Assembly: GCA_038087875.1 (NCBI GenBank)
Contig: CM075987.1
Coordinates: forward strand, 12,710,001-12,774,000
Direction of reading: 5' to 3'
From: Malacoraja senta
Taxonomy: Eukaryota
DNA: 64,000 bases
Position 1 is the first letter of the stretch. Every line of letters starts with the position of its first letter. Made by a program: the position numbers and the translations under genes. This document shows, piece by piece, positions 9,920 through 22,844 of the stretch. The notes under the pieces were generated by a model. That model was not told where the DNA came from, searched no databases, and saw only the letters and a list, made by a program, of their open reading frames with translations.

Positions 9920-12900
9920 AGAGAGTCACAGATTCTTGCAGCTCAGAAACAGGCCCTTTGCCCCACCATTGGATACTGACCATCAATTACCCATATGGAC
10001 TGATCTATCTATCTACCAGTATTTAGTCCACAACGTTCTATGCCTTGGTGATTTGAATGCTTATCCTGAAACTTCATAAATGTTGTGAGCGTCTATCTCC
10101 GCCAATCCCGCAGGCAGTGTGTTCCAGATTCCAAACACCCTCTGGGTGAAAAAGGTCTCCTTTAGATCATCCCTAAACCATTTACCCTAAATCTGTACAC
10201 TCTAATTTTAGATACCTCCACAATGGGGAAAAAGTCTCCTACTATTTATCATATCGATGGCCTCATATTTTGAACAATTCTAACAGGTGTCCTCCTCAGC
10301 CTTCTTTGCTCCAAGTAAATAAACCCAGTCTATCCTGCTCCTCATAACTCCATCTCAGGCAACACCTCAGTGGATCCCTTGTTCACCCGTTCCATTACAA
10401 TCAAATCCTGATTATTAATTTATTGTATGATTGATTATTGTACATTTATTTATTTATTGTGTCAACAGGTCTGTAAAGCCCCAGCAAGTAAACAAAAAAT
10501 CATTGTTCTATTGCCAGTGAATTTAACAATTAAACACTCTTGACATCCTTCCTACAGGATGGTTCCCAGTACTGTGTACGGTACTCCAGCTGTGGTTGAA
10601 CCACTGTTTTATAATCGTGTACCATAACCTCCCTGTTCTTACACTCTCTGCCCCAGCTAATAAAAGCAAGTAACCTGAATGTCTTCTTCACCACCCTATC
10701 AACCTGTGACCGCATACGTTTTCTACGTTTTCTCCAAAGACATCCAGTTTGTAGGTTAATTTGCTTTGGTAAAAATTGTAAATTGTCCCTAGTGTGTAGG
10801 TACAGTGCTAGTGTATGGGGATCGTTGGTTAGTATGGACTAAATGGGCCAAAGGACCTGTTTTGTACTGTATCTCTAAACTAAGCTAAACCTGTGCTGCA
10901 CCTTAAAAGATCCTTGGTCTTGTATCTCTGTTCCTCAAGAGCTTAGGACCCTGCCATTCATCGTGTATGTCTGGCCCTGACTAGTCCTCCCAAAGTGAAT
11001 TACCTCACACTTAACAGTTTTAAATGTTATCCGCCCTTCTTAATAGCTGATCATTATCTTTCCGTGGTGTATGACTATCCTCCTCACAATCAACTATTCT
11101 ACTAATCTTTGTGTTCTGTGCAAACTTACTAACCCGACCACCGACATTCATATCCAAATTGTTAATGTAAATAACAAACAGCAGGGATCCCAGCAGTGAT
11201 CCCTGTGTACACCAGTCACAGGCTTCCAACCACAAAAATAACTCTCCATCATCCTCTTCTGCCAATTTTAGATCCAATTTGTCAAACTGCCTTGGATCTC
11301 ATGAGCTCGAACCTTTTGGACGAGTCTTTAGTGTGGGACCTTTACCCATACCTCTCTTTTCCCCGAAAATCCTTAATATCTCACCATTTATCAAGTGTTT
11401 CATTTTCATTCAGTAGATGCCTTGGTACTTCTCTGGGTCGAATCTTATTTGCTATTCCTAGCCCATTGATACCTTCCTGCCGTCTAGAATTTTCTTCATC
11501 AACTAAGTCATTATGTCCGACTTATTAACACAGATCATGAAAAGCAAGGCGCTAGTAACAAATCACGAAAGGTCACAAAACTTGGACTGCAGGAGGCTGA
11601 GGAGTGAGCTTATAAAATCATGAGGGGAATAAATAGGTTGAATGCACAGACGTTTTCCCAGGGTAGGAGAATCAAGAACTGGAGGGCACAGGGTTAATGT
11701 GAGAGGGGCAAGATTTAAAAAGGAACACGAGGTAAAGCTTTGTCATTTAAAGGATGGTAAGTATATGGACCAAGGTGCCAGAGGAAGTAGTTGAGCTAGA
11801 TACAATTAAAACATTTAAAGGACATTTGGCCAGGTACATGCATAGGAAAATGTTAGAGTGATTTGGGCAAAACGCATGCATGTGACACTAGCTTAAATGG
11901 AGCATCTAGGCCGGCATGGACGAGTTGGGCCGAAGGGCCTTTTCCAGCACTTCATGACTCTATGAAAACACAGAGACTTCCAATCACCAACTTCCCAATG
12001 ACCAATCTACATATTTTTCACCCACTGAGACAATTTTTAATTTAAGTTGCTTCTTTTCCCTGCACTTCATGAACTTTTGCTTTCCTAATCAAGCTGCTAT
12101 GTGGGTCTTAGTCAATCCATGTAGACTATATCAAACACACAAACCTCAGCGGCCCTTCCTGTTACCACTTCAAAAACAATCAATTGTTAGTTAGAGATGA
12201 CTGTCCCTTAACAAATCCCTGCTGACTATCTTTGATTTACTCTCTGAATCCTGTTTTGTGCTGGTCAGCAGTTACTCACTTTATGCCTTTCTCCTTTTCT
12301 TTAAACATTAGCCATCTTTGGCACCATGCCAGAAGCAAAATAAGTTTGAAGATATTAGTCAGAAACTGCACTATATCCTTCCTGCTTTTAAGGGCCTGGG
12401 ATACATTTTACCTGGCCCTAGCAATGCCTTTGTCAATGCGTGTCACTCCCTGTACTTCACATTCTTATTTCAGTACAATCCCTGTCTTCCACAAAGACAG
12501 ACATAAAGAATTTACATGGAACAAAGTGCGGCTCACCTTCACACACGAGCTGTTGTTTGGTTTCAAACAGGAAATAACAGTTAATAATAGATTCAACATT
12601 AAATAAATCTCATTCTTTTAACATTTTTCTTCTGAAGACTTTACCGACCAACTTCACTCTGCACCTTTTAAACTCTTCCAGCCTTTCAGCAGAATTGAGC
12701 TCTTGGTATTCGTCAGAAACATCCCTTTTTTTGCCTCGTTCAGGAATGTTGGCCTGCCATTCCCAGCCTTCTTCAAGCCACGTTTTAGTAATGGTCACAA
12801 TATCATACTCCCGCATGTACACTGGCTCCCTCAGTTCCATGGCCTTTCTTTCCTAAACTCCTTGCATTAACATAAAAACAACTTAGCACTGCCAGACCTT

Positions 12901-12960
12901 TCTACTTCCTTTATTCTGGCCTTTGTTCCCTCTGCCTTCCAAACTCACTTACTAAACCCC
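9920..12960. mobile_element. Cluster of CR1 fragments on both strands with nested SINE and Rex1 pieces
   Basis: Peptides QGSLLGSLLFVIYINNLD...VSKFA (RT), QVDRVVKK...LAFI...PQLEY and YDIVTITKTWL (endonuclease). Confidence 0.8.
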
Positions 12961-14519
12961 CACCTTCCACACCCAGCTTTGCTTCTCTCTCTCTCTCTCT
13001 GAATCTGCCATCAGATTCCCATCCCACTGCTAAACTGGTTTAAACCCACCCCAATGGTCCCAACAAAAAATAAAATAGTCTAACCCTGTAACCTCTTCAA
13101 CTTGTAGAGGCCCAACTTTCCCAGAGCTAGTCCTGATGCCTCAGGCCTCTCTACCCTCCCTTGGGCAGCATTATCTGAACATTCACCACCTTTCCCGGTA
13201 CTCACGGAGAAGATTACTACCTTTGTGGTCCTGCTTTTCATCACAAACCTAGCCTACTACAATCTGCCTCATCTATATTTCAATTGTAATCCTACGGACC
13301 ATGATATATGCTTACTTTCCTCCTCAGATCATTCTTTAAGCTGGCATCCTTGACCCTGGTATCAGGGACCAGGTCACTGCCCCAGTCATGAGGTCATAAG
13401 TGGTAGGAGTAGAATTAGGCCATTCAGCCCATCAATTCTACTCCGCCATTCAATCATGGCTGATCTATCTCTCCCTCCTAACCCCATTCTCCTCCCTTCT
13501 CCCCATAACCTCTGGCACCTGTACTAATCAAGAATCTATCTATCTCTGCCTTAAAATTATCCACTGACTTGGCCTCCACAGCCTCCTGTGGTAAAGAATT
13601 CCACAGATTCATCACCCTCTGACTAAAGTCCCAGTCTGTGTCCACGGAAACACTCACAGCACAATGAACGCCACTCTCTGTACCCCTCTGATGGAAGAAT
13701 TCAGAGATGACTATTGGTTAGATAGCATAATATACTCAGGAGCAACAATTCTGTTGGGGTGGTAAGGGTAGGATGGCCACCCCCTGTGGTGAATCTTTCA
13801 CCTTACAACTCTGCCTCATGGATACACTGTAGAGACGGCAGCTGCTGCACACCGTCTGAAGTCAGATCCTGGGCTACTGCAGTTGCCAATACTTCCTGCA
13901 TTTGTGGTTGTCCAGGATGTGAGAAGCATCCTGGATTTCCCATCTGACACAGGATGTGCATTCCATGCGACGGAGGATTCCTGCCATATCGCTGTTTGGC
14001 GGAATAACTACAACTCCAGCAACTCCCTCAGTCTGACACTTAACATTTGAATTAAATGAAGCAGGAAAGCAGCCGGCTGCCATGTTATTCTCACCTTATC
14101 CCTATTTATTTCTACACTTTATTTCAGACAACACCTCTTCTCCACCCTGACCACAGCCCCAGCCTTGAACTCTGTTCAAACTGCAGTGCATTGAAACTGC
14201 ACCCTGTGTGTCTGTAAAATCTATTTAAACCACGCCCAAACTCCCTGACATATGACCACACCTCTGTGGATAATATTCACCAAGTATTCGGAGAAGCAGG
14301 TGACCACCTAATTCTCTATTAACCACCACTGATAGGTAACCCGTTTACCATTGATGAACATAGAAAGTTTAAACACAAGTTAAGTTTTACATGCAGATCT
14401 AAACTAAAAATTAGGATGAAATCACCCACAATCATATTCACATTCAAACAGTAAGGGACTCAGAGCATCATAGAATTATCATCTCGTGGAGACAGAGTAC
14501 ATTTGGCCCATCAAGTCTA

Positions 14520-14620
14520 TTGTGGTTACACAAAAATGCTGGAGAAACTCAGCGGGTGCAGCAGCATCTATGGAGCGAAGGAAATAGGTAACGTTTCGGG
14601 CCGAAACCCTTCTTCAGACT
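14520..14620 (-). mobile_element. Penelope-derived short repeat with hammerhead-ribozyme-like core
   Basis: Minus strand reads AGT-CTGAAGA-AGGGTTTCGGCCC-GAAAC-GTT. Related copies at about 141-240, 391-510, 560-690, 18860-19050, 25040-25175, 31880-32012, 37690-37785, 42805-42985, 44935-45065, 46770-46870, 51850-51990, 52690-52765, 56665-56830, 57675-57800 and 59125-59280. Confidence 0.7.
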
Positions 14621-15211
14621 CTATTGTGGTTGCTTGTCGAGTGTCCCATTGGCTGCTCTTTCCACACAGCCCGGCATATTATTTTCTCTCATGTTTCTAT
14701 TTCATTCCCTTTTGAAGACACTGATTGATTACATTTTCACATAGGCTGCGAATACTACAATAAATAGTCTGAGTAAAAATGTCTTGGCCTATCCCCTTGA
14801 ATCATTTGCCCAACATTATAAATCTTTGCCTCCCGCTCCTGTATTCATCTTTAATGGGAACTAAGTTTTCTCTCGTCTATTTAAAGCGGCTACAATGTTA
14901 AAATCTCTTATCAACTTCCTTCATTCCAAGAACAACAATCTCAGCTTTTCCAGGCAAGCGCTCCCTGGAATGATTCTAGTAAACCTTTTCTGCTCTCACT
15001 CTAGGACCTTCCAAATCATCACTACCAAAATTACCCCAGTATTGGCCGATACATTATTTTGAGCAGCTTTCACAGTATTTCCTTGCTTTGATGCACTTTG
15101 CCTCTATTTATTAGTCTGTGAACCCATATCCTTTACTGACCATTCTGTCAACATGCCACGGTGCTCGAGTTGAGAAGCATGGATTCGCAATCATGCTGCT
15201 GGGGCTCCAGT

Positions 15212-15515
15212 AGGGAGAGCGAGAGACTGAGAGAGAGAGAGAGAGAGTGAGCATGAGAGGGAGAATAAGAAAGAGAGAGTGGTACAGCGAGAGTGACAGT
15301 GAATGTTACAGAGGGTGAGTGTGAGGGAGAGTGAGAGTGAAGGGGAGAGAATAAAAGTGAGTGAGAGTTAGCTAGTAATAGAACAAGACAAAAAAATGAG
15401 TGTGACAGAGGGAGTGCAAGTGAAGGAGAAAGGGGGGGAGAGAGAGGGAGAGCGGGAGAGAGAGAGAGACAGACAGAGAGAGAGAGAAAGAGAGAGAGAG
15501 ACAGAGAGAGAGAGA
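15212..15515. repeat. GA-rich microsatellite / low complexity
   Basis: (GA)n runs with GAGT and GACA variants. Confidence 0.9.
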
Positions 15516-15619
15516 TGCAAACTGCAATTACAGGAAAGTGGAAAGGCACTATAGTGGGGATATTGCAGATTTCAATTCCTTCAATAATTAAAATAAAAAC
15601 AAAATACTGGAACTGCCTG

Positions 15620-15965
15620 TTCCTCACCAACAGATCTTCCAGATTGAGGATGACTTGCTTTCACTCCAGGGTTCTGAGGTAATTGATTAGACCAATGTGT
15701 GGCTACAGCCCTTTGTACAGATGGGTAAGAGATACCTGAGATGTAGGGTCAGTGAATAGTTTGGTAGGTGCTATGCTCCTTTTCACCATTTACATCAGTT
15801 TCTGTCTGATCCTGATACATAGACCTAAGGCTCTCCCATTCCAAATGTTCCTCTCCCTTTCGGGCCAAAAGTTCCCAGGAATCAGTGGGGACATTGTATT
15901 CCCTCAAGGAGGCCTTAAGAACATCCTTGAATCTTTCTTTCTGTCCACCTGGTAACCTCCTCCAC
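15620..15965 (-). mobile_element. RTE-clade LINE 3' fragment
   Basis: RLPGGQKERFKDVLKASLREYNVPTDSWELLA. Confidence 0.75.
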
Positions 15966-16374
15966 CAGAGGAGGCACGGTGGTGCAGCGGTAGAGTTGCT
16001 GCCCTCCAGCACCAGATACCCGGGTTCGAACCTGACAATGGATGCTTTCTATATGGAGTTTGTGCGTTATCCCGGTGACCGCGTGGGTTTTCGCCGGATG
16101 CTCTGGTTTCCCCCACACTCCAACGATGTACAGGTTTGCAGGTTAATTGACTATTGCAAATTGTCCCTAGTGTGTAGGATAGTGTACTGGGTAATCGCTG
16201 TTCAGCATGGACTCAGTGGGCCGAATGATCAGTTTCTGCAATGTATCTTGAAAGACAGAGCTTGGGCTACCTGTTTGGGGAGTCTGCTACAGGGCACATC
16301 AACAACATGGCCGATCTACCAGAATCGATAAGTGTAACTTGAGTCTCAATACTGGGCATCGTTGCCTGTAATGG

Positions 16375-17620
16375 AGTGACTACACCTGCGCACAGTATTC
16401 CAAATGCAGCCTAACCAATGTTTTATAAAGCTGCAATATGATTTCCTAACACTTATACTCAATGCCTCACCAATGAAGGCAAGCATACCATGTCCCTTCC
16501 TTACTACTTTATCTATTTGTCCCCTTTATTCCAGGGAGCTATGGACTTGGACCACGAGATCTCTTTTCCCATACTTTTGTACTTTCATGTACTTTTCCCA
16601 TACATTTGACCTCACAAAGTGCAACACATCATACTTTCCCAGATTAAACTCCATTTCCCATTTCTTCACCGATATATCTGTAACTGATCTATATCCCACT
16701 GTATCCTTTGGCAGCCATATTTGCTGTCCACAACACCAATAATTTTGCAAAATTATGAACCAACTTCATGTCCAAGTCATTTATACATGTCACAAAGAAT
16801 AGAGGTTCCAGTGCTAATCACCACTGGTCACAGATCTCCAGCCAGAATAGCCCCCCACCGCTGCCCTCTGTCCTCTTTGAGTAAGCCAGTTCTGAGTCCA
16901 AACTACCAAATCACTATAGATCCCATGCATCTTAATCTTCTGTGAAATGCTTTACTTAAGACCAAGTAGACAACCTGCACTGCTCTGTCGATCCTCTCTA
17001 ATTACACCATTCTCTTCCAAATGTGAGTAAACGCTATCCCTCGGAATCCTCTCCAAAAGCTCCCCTACCTCTGATTATCCCTATTTCGTGCATTATCTCT
17101 TTTCCCTTCTTTCTACCCTACTCTCCAATCCACTAGGACCTCGCCTGCAGCTAGAGAGGATACAAAGATCTTCACCAAAGCCCCAGCAGGTTTCTCTCTT
17201 ACTTCTCACAATAACCCATCTTAATGCTTTACAAGACATTTCCACCTTAATGCTTTACGAGAGCCATTACAAACATCACCTCCCATTCATCTAAAAAAAC
17301 CCTAGCACACACTGATTTCATTATTCTCCATTATTCTCCATGTCCTTCTCTTTGGTGAATACTGATACAATGTGCTAATTTAGTACCTCGCCTATTCCTC
17401 TGACTCCAAGCATAAATTTTGTCCTTTATCATTGAGGAGCTCTACCTTCTCCCTAGTTAACCTCTTGTTTTTAATGTTTATATATATTTTTAACTTGGGA
17501 TTCTCTTTAATCTGACTTGCCAATAGCATTTCTTGCCCCCTTCTGGGCCTCTTAATTCTCTGCTTGAATTCTCAACTATTTTCTTCATATTTTTCAAAGG
17601 CCCCGTCTTCCTAAATTGAT
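16375..17620 (-). mobile_element. CR1 LINE fragments
   Basis: KWEMEFNLGKYDVLHF...DLVVQVHSSL in ORF 16526-16750. Confidence 0.8.
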
Positions 17621-19065
17621 GTGGCTCCATTGAGGTCTAGCCCATTTATGTCGATTTTTTACATTGCGATTCGTGCAGAATAGCTTGGAATGCAACTGAG
17701 ATTCACACACTAGGTTTTAATGAGGCGGAATAATCTGAAACTCTGTTTAGTATAGAGAAAACCTCTTGAAATGTAATATTTTAGAAGAAATGTTTGTCCG
17801 AAGGTAAATATGGTCATCTCTGTCTAAAGAGGGCCTGCCTGTATGGTGCAGTCTACACAAATTCCATTCCCAAAGTAAACTGTAGATATTACTGCATTAT
17901 GTTATAAATACATAATTAGAAGCACAATAACACCAGGCACAGGTTTCCTCATGGTGCTGTGTTTTTTCCCCCACACCCAAAGTTGTTTGGTAAATGGGTT
18001 TGGTAAATGTAAATTGCCCCTCATCATTTGAAGAGTGGCAGAAGTTTTTTTTTGAGGGGGGAGGTGAAATTTATGGGCATTGGGATTGGGGTGGGTGAAT
18101 AAAATGGATGAAGGTGTGATTAGTGTAAGTATGAGTGCCTGATGGGTAGCATGGACTTGGCGGGCTGAAGGGCCTCTTTCCTTGCTTTATATTTCTACGA
18201 CTTTATTATTCTACATTATTTGCACATTACAAATAATTTAGCTTAAAAAAATATCCAGTTACCATATCCTCATGGGATTTCAGTGGCTGCAGTATTGACG
18301 TAAGCATTCTGTAATTGGACCAGTGCACTCACAGTATCCTTCCAATCCTCGGCTTTGATACGTGGTTTTTGTTGCAATCTTTGCAAAGAATTCTGCCTTT
18401 GTAAAGACAAATGGAATGAAATAGCTGAAAGGCTTTGACTGCAAGATCACTGTTCTGGATATTCTGCATTGAGTTTAATTGAGGCCCTCATCACTTGACA
18501 ACCCAGTAACATTGTAACATTGACAACCGTGCGATCTGGCTGTTTACAGATTAGGATGGGGGTTACCAATCCATGGCATTCCTTACTGTGGATGAGTCAG
18601 AGGGGAAGGTTTGGAGAGCTGATTTTGGACAGGACAATGTCATTTTGATTTGGAGAACAAGATTAACATCTTCACTGACATCAGTGACCATTGATCCAAG
18701 AGTTTAAGCATCAGTCAAACTGTTGCATCCAAACCTTTCTTTCCCGACTTTAAGCTTTTTAAAAGCTGAGATCTTGTACACCATTTCAAACACACTGGAT
18801 ACACCTCCCTGAAAAGACAAATTTAGATGACTGAAGTAATTAGACTAATCTGCCAAGAGAAAGACACAAAGTGATGGAGTAACTCAATGGGTCAGGCAGC
18901 ATATCTGGTGAACATGGTTAAAGGTGATGTTTCTTTCAAATCTTCAATTCAACTCGAAATGTCACCTATCCATGTTCTCCAGAGATATTGCCCGACCTGC
19001 TGGGTTACCACAGCACTTTGTGTCTTTTTGTAAATCAGCATCCGCAATTTCTTCTGTCTAGAGAG

Positions 19066-19360
19066 GGGTGGCACGGTGGCGCAGCGGTAGAGTTGATGCC
19101 TTCTACCGCTCACAGTATCAGAGACCCGGGTTTGATCCCGACTGCGGGTGCTGTCTAGCCCGTCTGTATGGAGTTTGTACGTTCTCCCCGTGACCACGTG
19201 CGTTTTCACCAAGATCTTCGGTTTCCTCCCACACTCCAGAGACGTACAGGTTTGTAGGTTAATTGGCTTGGTTAAAGTGTTAGTCGGGCGGGGATCACTG
19301 GTCGGCGCGGACTCGGTGGGCCGAAGTGCCTGTTTCCGCGCTGAAACTCTAAACTAAACT
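19066..19360 (+). mobile_element. tRNA-derived SINE (V-SINE/HE1-like), near full length
   Basis: A box TGGCGCAGCGG, B box GGTTTGATCCC, core gtatggagtttgtacgttctccccgtgacc...ggtttcctcccacactcca, (TAAAC)n tail. Confidence 0.85.
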
Positions 19361-20089
19361 AGATGGGCGAGCCTGTCCAGCCTTTGAAAGTCCTGGAAAT
19401 ATTCCACCAAATTAGACTTATTTTGGGGTAGATGGGCTTCAGGTTCACCTTGCAGTTCAGTTAACATGAGAAAGCCACGTGCACAACCAGGTAAACATGA
19501 ACGGGGGTAGTCAGCCCCCATTTCTTCACACATTACAGCAACCGAGAGCAATGCCTTGCACATTACTATAATGGGGTCATTGTTAATTTAGGGAGACAAC
19601 TTCCTGGGATTCAGTAACTGTAACATCAGCAATTTAACACAAGACTATAATTTGAATGGCAAAATGAATACCATGAATTTTCTCTGCAGCTCTATCCACG
19701 GAATTAGCAATAATGGACCAAAGGTATGACACTTCTGGCACACCTTTATCTGACGCCATTTCAGTCTACAGTAGCTTTGAAAAAAACATTGGAAAAACTG
19801 GAAAAATCCCCCTGACCTTTCTTTTCAGTTTGGGTATTCAGTCTCAAGATGACAAATCATCTTGGAAGGTTTCATGGCTTTGCTGTGCAGAATCACCCAG
19901 TGAGCTTTGTGGCATTTGTCTTATCTGCTCAAAATAAACCCGTACTTTCTTCACATTTTGAACTTTTCTTTCATTATGTTGCTCTGGGTTATGTTTTTCC
20001 AACTTTACAAATTCCAACAAAATGATACAGTTCTTCCTGCTTGGGGATGCAAGTTTAAGGATGACAGGAATCTGGGAGAATTATGTGGA

Positions 20090-20265
20090 TCAGGAGAGGA
20101 GGTCCATGGGGAGGAGCGAATGCCACCTGAACACAAGTCATGGTCTGATCAACCACAGCTGGGTCGCCTGGGTGAGGGTGTCTGTTGTTGAAAGACCCGA
20201 AACACCCAATGACCCCAGGTTACGTCACTGATGATGTGTTCAGGAGCATCAATAGATGTATTTTT
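20090..20265 (+). mobile_element. HERO-like (R2-group) LINE 3' end
   Basis: ctgatcaaccacagctgggtcgcctgggtgagggtgtctg...gaaagacccgaaacacccaatgaccccagg...tcactgatgatgtg resembles the 3' UTR of fish HERO elements (recognised from memory). Confidence 0.55.
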
Positions 20266-20279
20266 ATCAATGAACTGCA

Positions 20280-21700
20280 AAGAGAATACTGATTGATTAC
20301 AGCACGTTATAAATGGGCAGGGAGAGTGAGCATGTTGAAATATAAGTTGATGAATTTAACATGAAGAATGAGAGGCAAGAGAACAAAGGTTACAGTTTGA
20401 AAATGGGTGCAGGAGCAGAGGGACCAAGGCGTATGTGTGCACAGTCATTGAAAGTGTCTGGGCGGGTTCAGAAAGTGCTTACTGAGACATAGGTGATTTG
20501 GAAATGAAGAGAAAAAACTGCTGCCGTTGGAACAGAAAATATTCAGCAGGTTAGGCAGCATCTGTGGAAAGAGAAACAGTTAATTTATCAGGTCCAGGAT
20601 CCTGACCAAGCATGGGATGATGGGTCTTGGATGCTTTTTCTGGGTATTATCAATGATCATGTTGACATTTATAAAGCACTGGTCTGGCCTCAGCTGGAGT
20701 GTGTTCAGTTCTGGTCACCTCCCGAGAGGAACTGCGTGAAGGCATTGAAGAAAAGATTTACAACAATGGTTCCTGGAATGAGGGACGTTAGTTACAAGGA
20801 CGGGTTGGAGAAGCTGGGGCTGTTTTCTTGAGGGGGCATTTGATAGAAGCACATAAAATGATAAGATGCTGATCAAAGTAGATAGTAAGAGACAGTTCCC
20901 TTTGGTAAAGGAGTCAAAGGTTAGAGGCCACAGGGGAAAGGAATCAAGAGTGACATTAGGGGAAATTATTTTATGCACCATGTGGCTGGAATCTGGAATG
21001 CACTGTCTGAAGATGTGGTAGGGACAGCTTCCATTGGTGCCTTCGGAAGAAAATTGATAAACACACAAGGTGAGGAAAAATCTGTAAAGCTGCAGGGAAG
21101 AGACTGCATATAGAACTAGAGAGTACCTTTGGTGGAGGTCAGCATTGGTCAGGAACAATGGGTTGTGGCCTTAATTCAGAGGATTAAATGCACCTACAAA
21201 CATTTTAAAGTGAATATATTTACATTGGAGGCAGTGCAGATAATATTCATTGGTTAATTTGTGGAATGGAAGGGTTAATGTATGAAGGGAGGGTTGTAGG
21301 TTGCGTCTATGATTGGAATTTAGAAAATTGGGAGTTGCTCTTATTGAAACATTCTAAAGGGAATTGACAGTATGGGTAGTGAAAGGGTATTTTTTCCAGA
21401 GGGGATAGTGTATCTCGAGCTCTGGGGCTTAGGTCCAGAATTAGGGGTCACCCTTTTAAGATGGTGATCAGGAAGAATATTTTTTCTCTTTTTTTTCTCA
21501 TGAATCTCTGGAATTCTCTTACCCTGTAGAAGCGAGGAGGCAGTCACTGAATATGTTCAAAGCTGAGGTATTTGATCTACAGGGGAGTCAAGGGGTATGA
21601 GGAGAACGTGGGAAAGTTTTGTGGAGGTCAAGAATGCATCCGTCATGACCTTTGGGAAAGGCAAAGCAGGTTCAGGTTCCGAGTGGCCTCTGCCTGCTAA
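20280..21700 (+). mobile_element. CR1 LINE fragments (two 3' ends)
   Basis: YKALVWPQLECVQFWSP...RFTTMVPGMRDVSYKDGLEKLGLFS. Confidence 0.8.
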
Positions 21701-22844
21701 TTCATATGTTTGTGTACATTGGTTAGAACACTTTAGTTCAATGTAAAACAAGGCAAAAGCTCCTCTATCAACAAAACCCATTCTCAAAATACAAATTAAT
21801 TTCAATCAAATGATCGAGTTTACTTCCCTTCAAGAATAGATTAATACTGCATTGTTTAGAGTGCTTAATCTCAATGGAAAGCTTGGCTGTGCTTAGTTCC
21901 TTGCTAAGCTAATATGAAGGACTGCATGTGATTAGCTGAGGGAGTGCAGTACACCATACTCGCAAAGCTCAGTCTCAATGTATGAAATAATTTCCCTCAA
22001 TTTAATCCATTTGTGATAATCTGTTCACCTTCATCGTTAGAGTAATTCTACGCTTGCCAGAATAATTTAATTTATGAAGCATTCTGTCTTATTTATGGGT
22101 AATAAAGTTTGTTGTAAAACCCATCAACAAAGTTTATTGTCGATGTACAAAGCAGTTTTCAACAAGTGAATCTATTCACAATAAAGTTTCTATTCTAATT
22201 CTCATCAACAAAGGTGCACGAATGCATTGATTAGAGCACTTCATCTCAACACGAGATGTGACCCCTTTAGTTCACTGCAAATCTTGTGCACGACAATCTA
22301 TCTGATTTGACGGGTTCTGAAGTGGAGTTCATCACCATCAGTAAAGGCCACTTCATCAAATGAAGTAATTTTCTGCAGGTCTATTATGCGAGGAAAAGAA
22401 AATTGGAGTGATTTCAGAACTCAAGAGATTCAGAGGGATCTGGGTGTCATCTGGGTCACCTCCCGCAGCCGACCTTGAGGGCTTGGAAGGTAAGACCCAC
22501 GGTTCTCCTTACCGGCCCTTCATCCAGCGTCTGCTCTCTCCACCCTCCGATTCCCAGTCTTCGGGGCAAGCAGGAGATGAGCCTTGGACAACATGCCAGG
22601 CAGACTCCCCAGTTCCACGCCTGCTGCCTCCCGGGGTACGGCAGCAGCGCGCGATAAGGAGATACACACAGATATGCAGAGAGCCAAAGATCATCAAGGT
22701 ATGTACAGATAATCAGATGTACAGTTAGCACCCAGGTATTCATATACGCACTAGATCATCAGGTCCGCTCTGATATTCAGAACCACGTACACATTCAGGG
22801 AGGCATGATTGCAGCTAGTGTGTTTGATATGCGCATGCTCAGAG

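Noticed and set aside
19066-19145. tRNA-like A/B box sequence considered as a tRNA gene
   Set aside because: It is the head of a multi-copy SINE and continues into the SINE core and tail.
21607-21614. Perfect CGTGGGAA site
   Set aside because: Isolated and inside a CR1 3' end; probably incidental.
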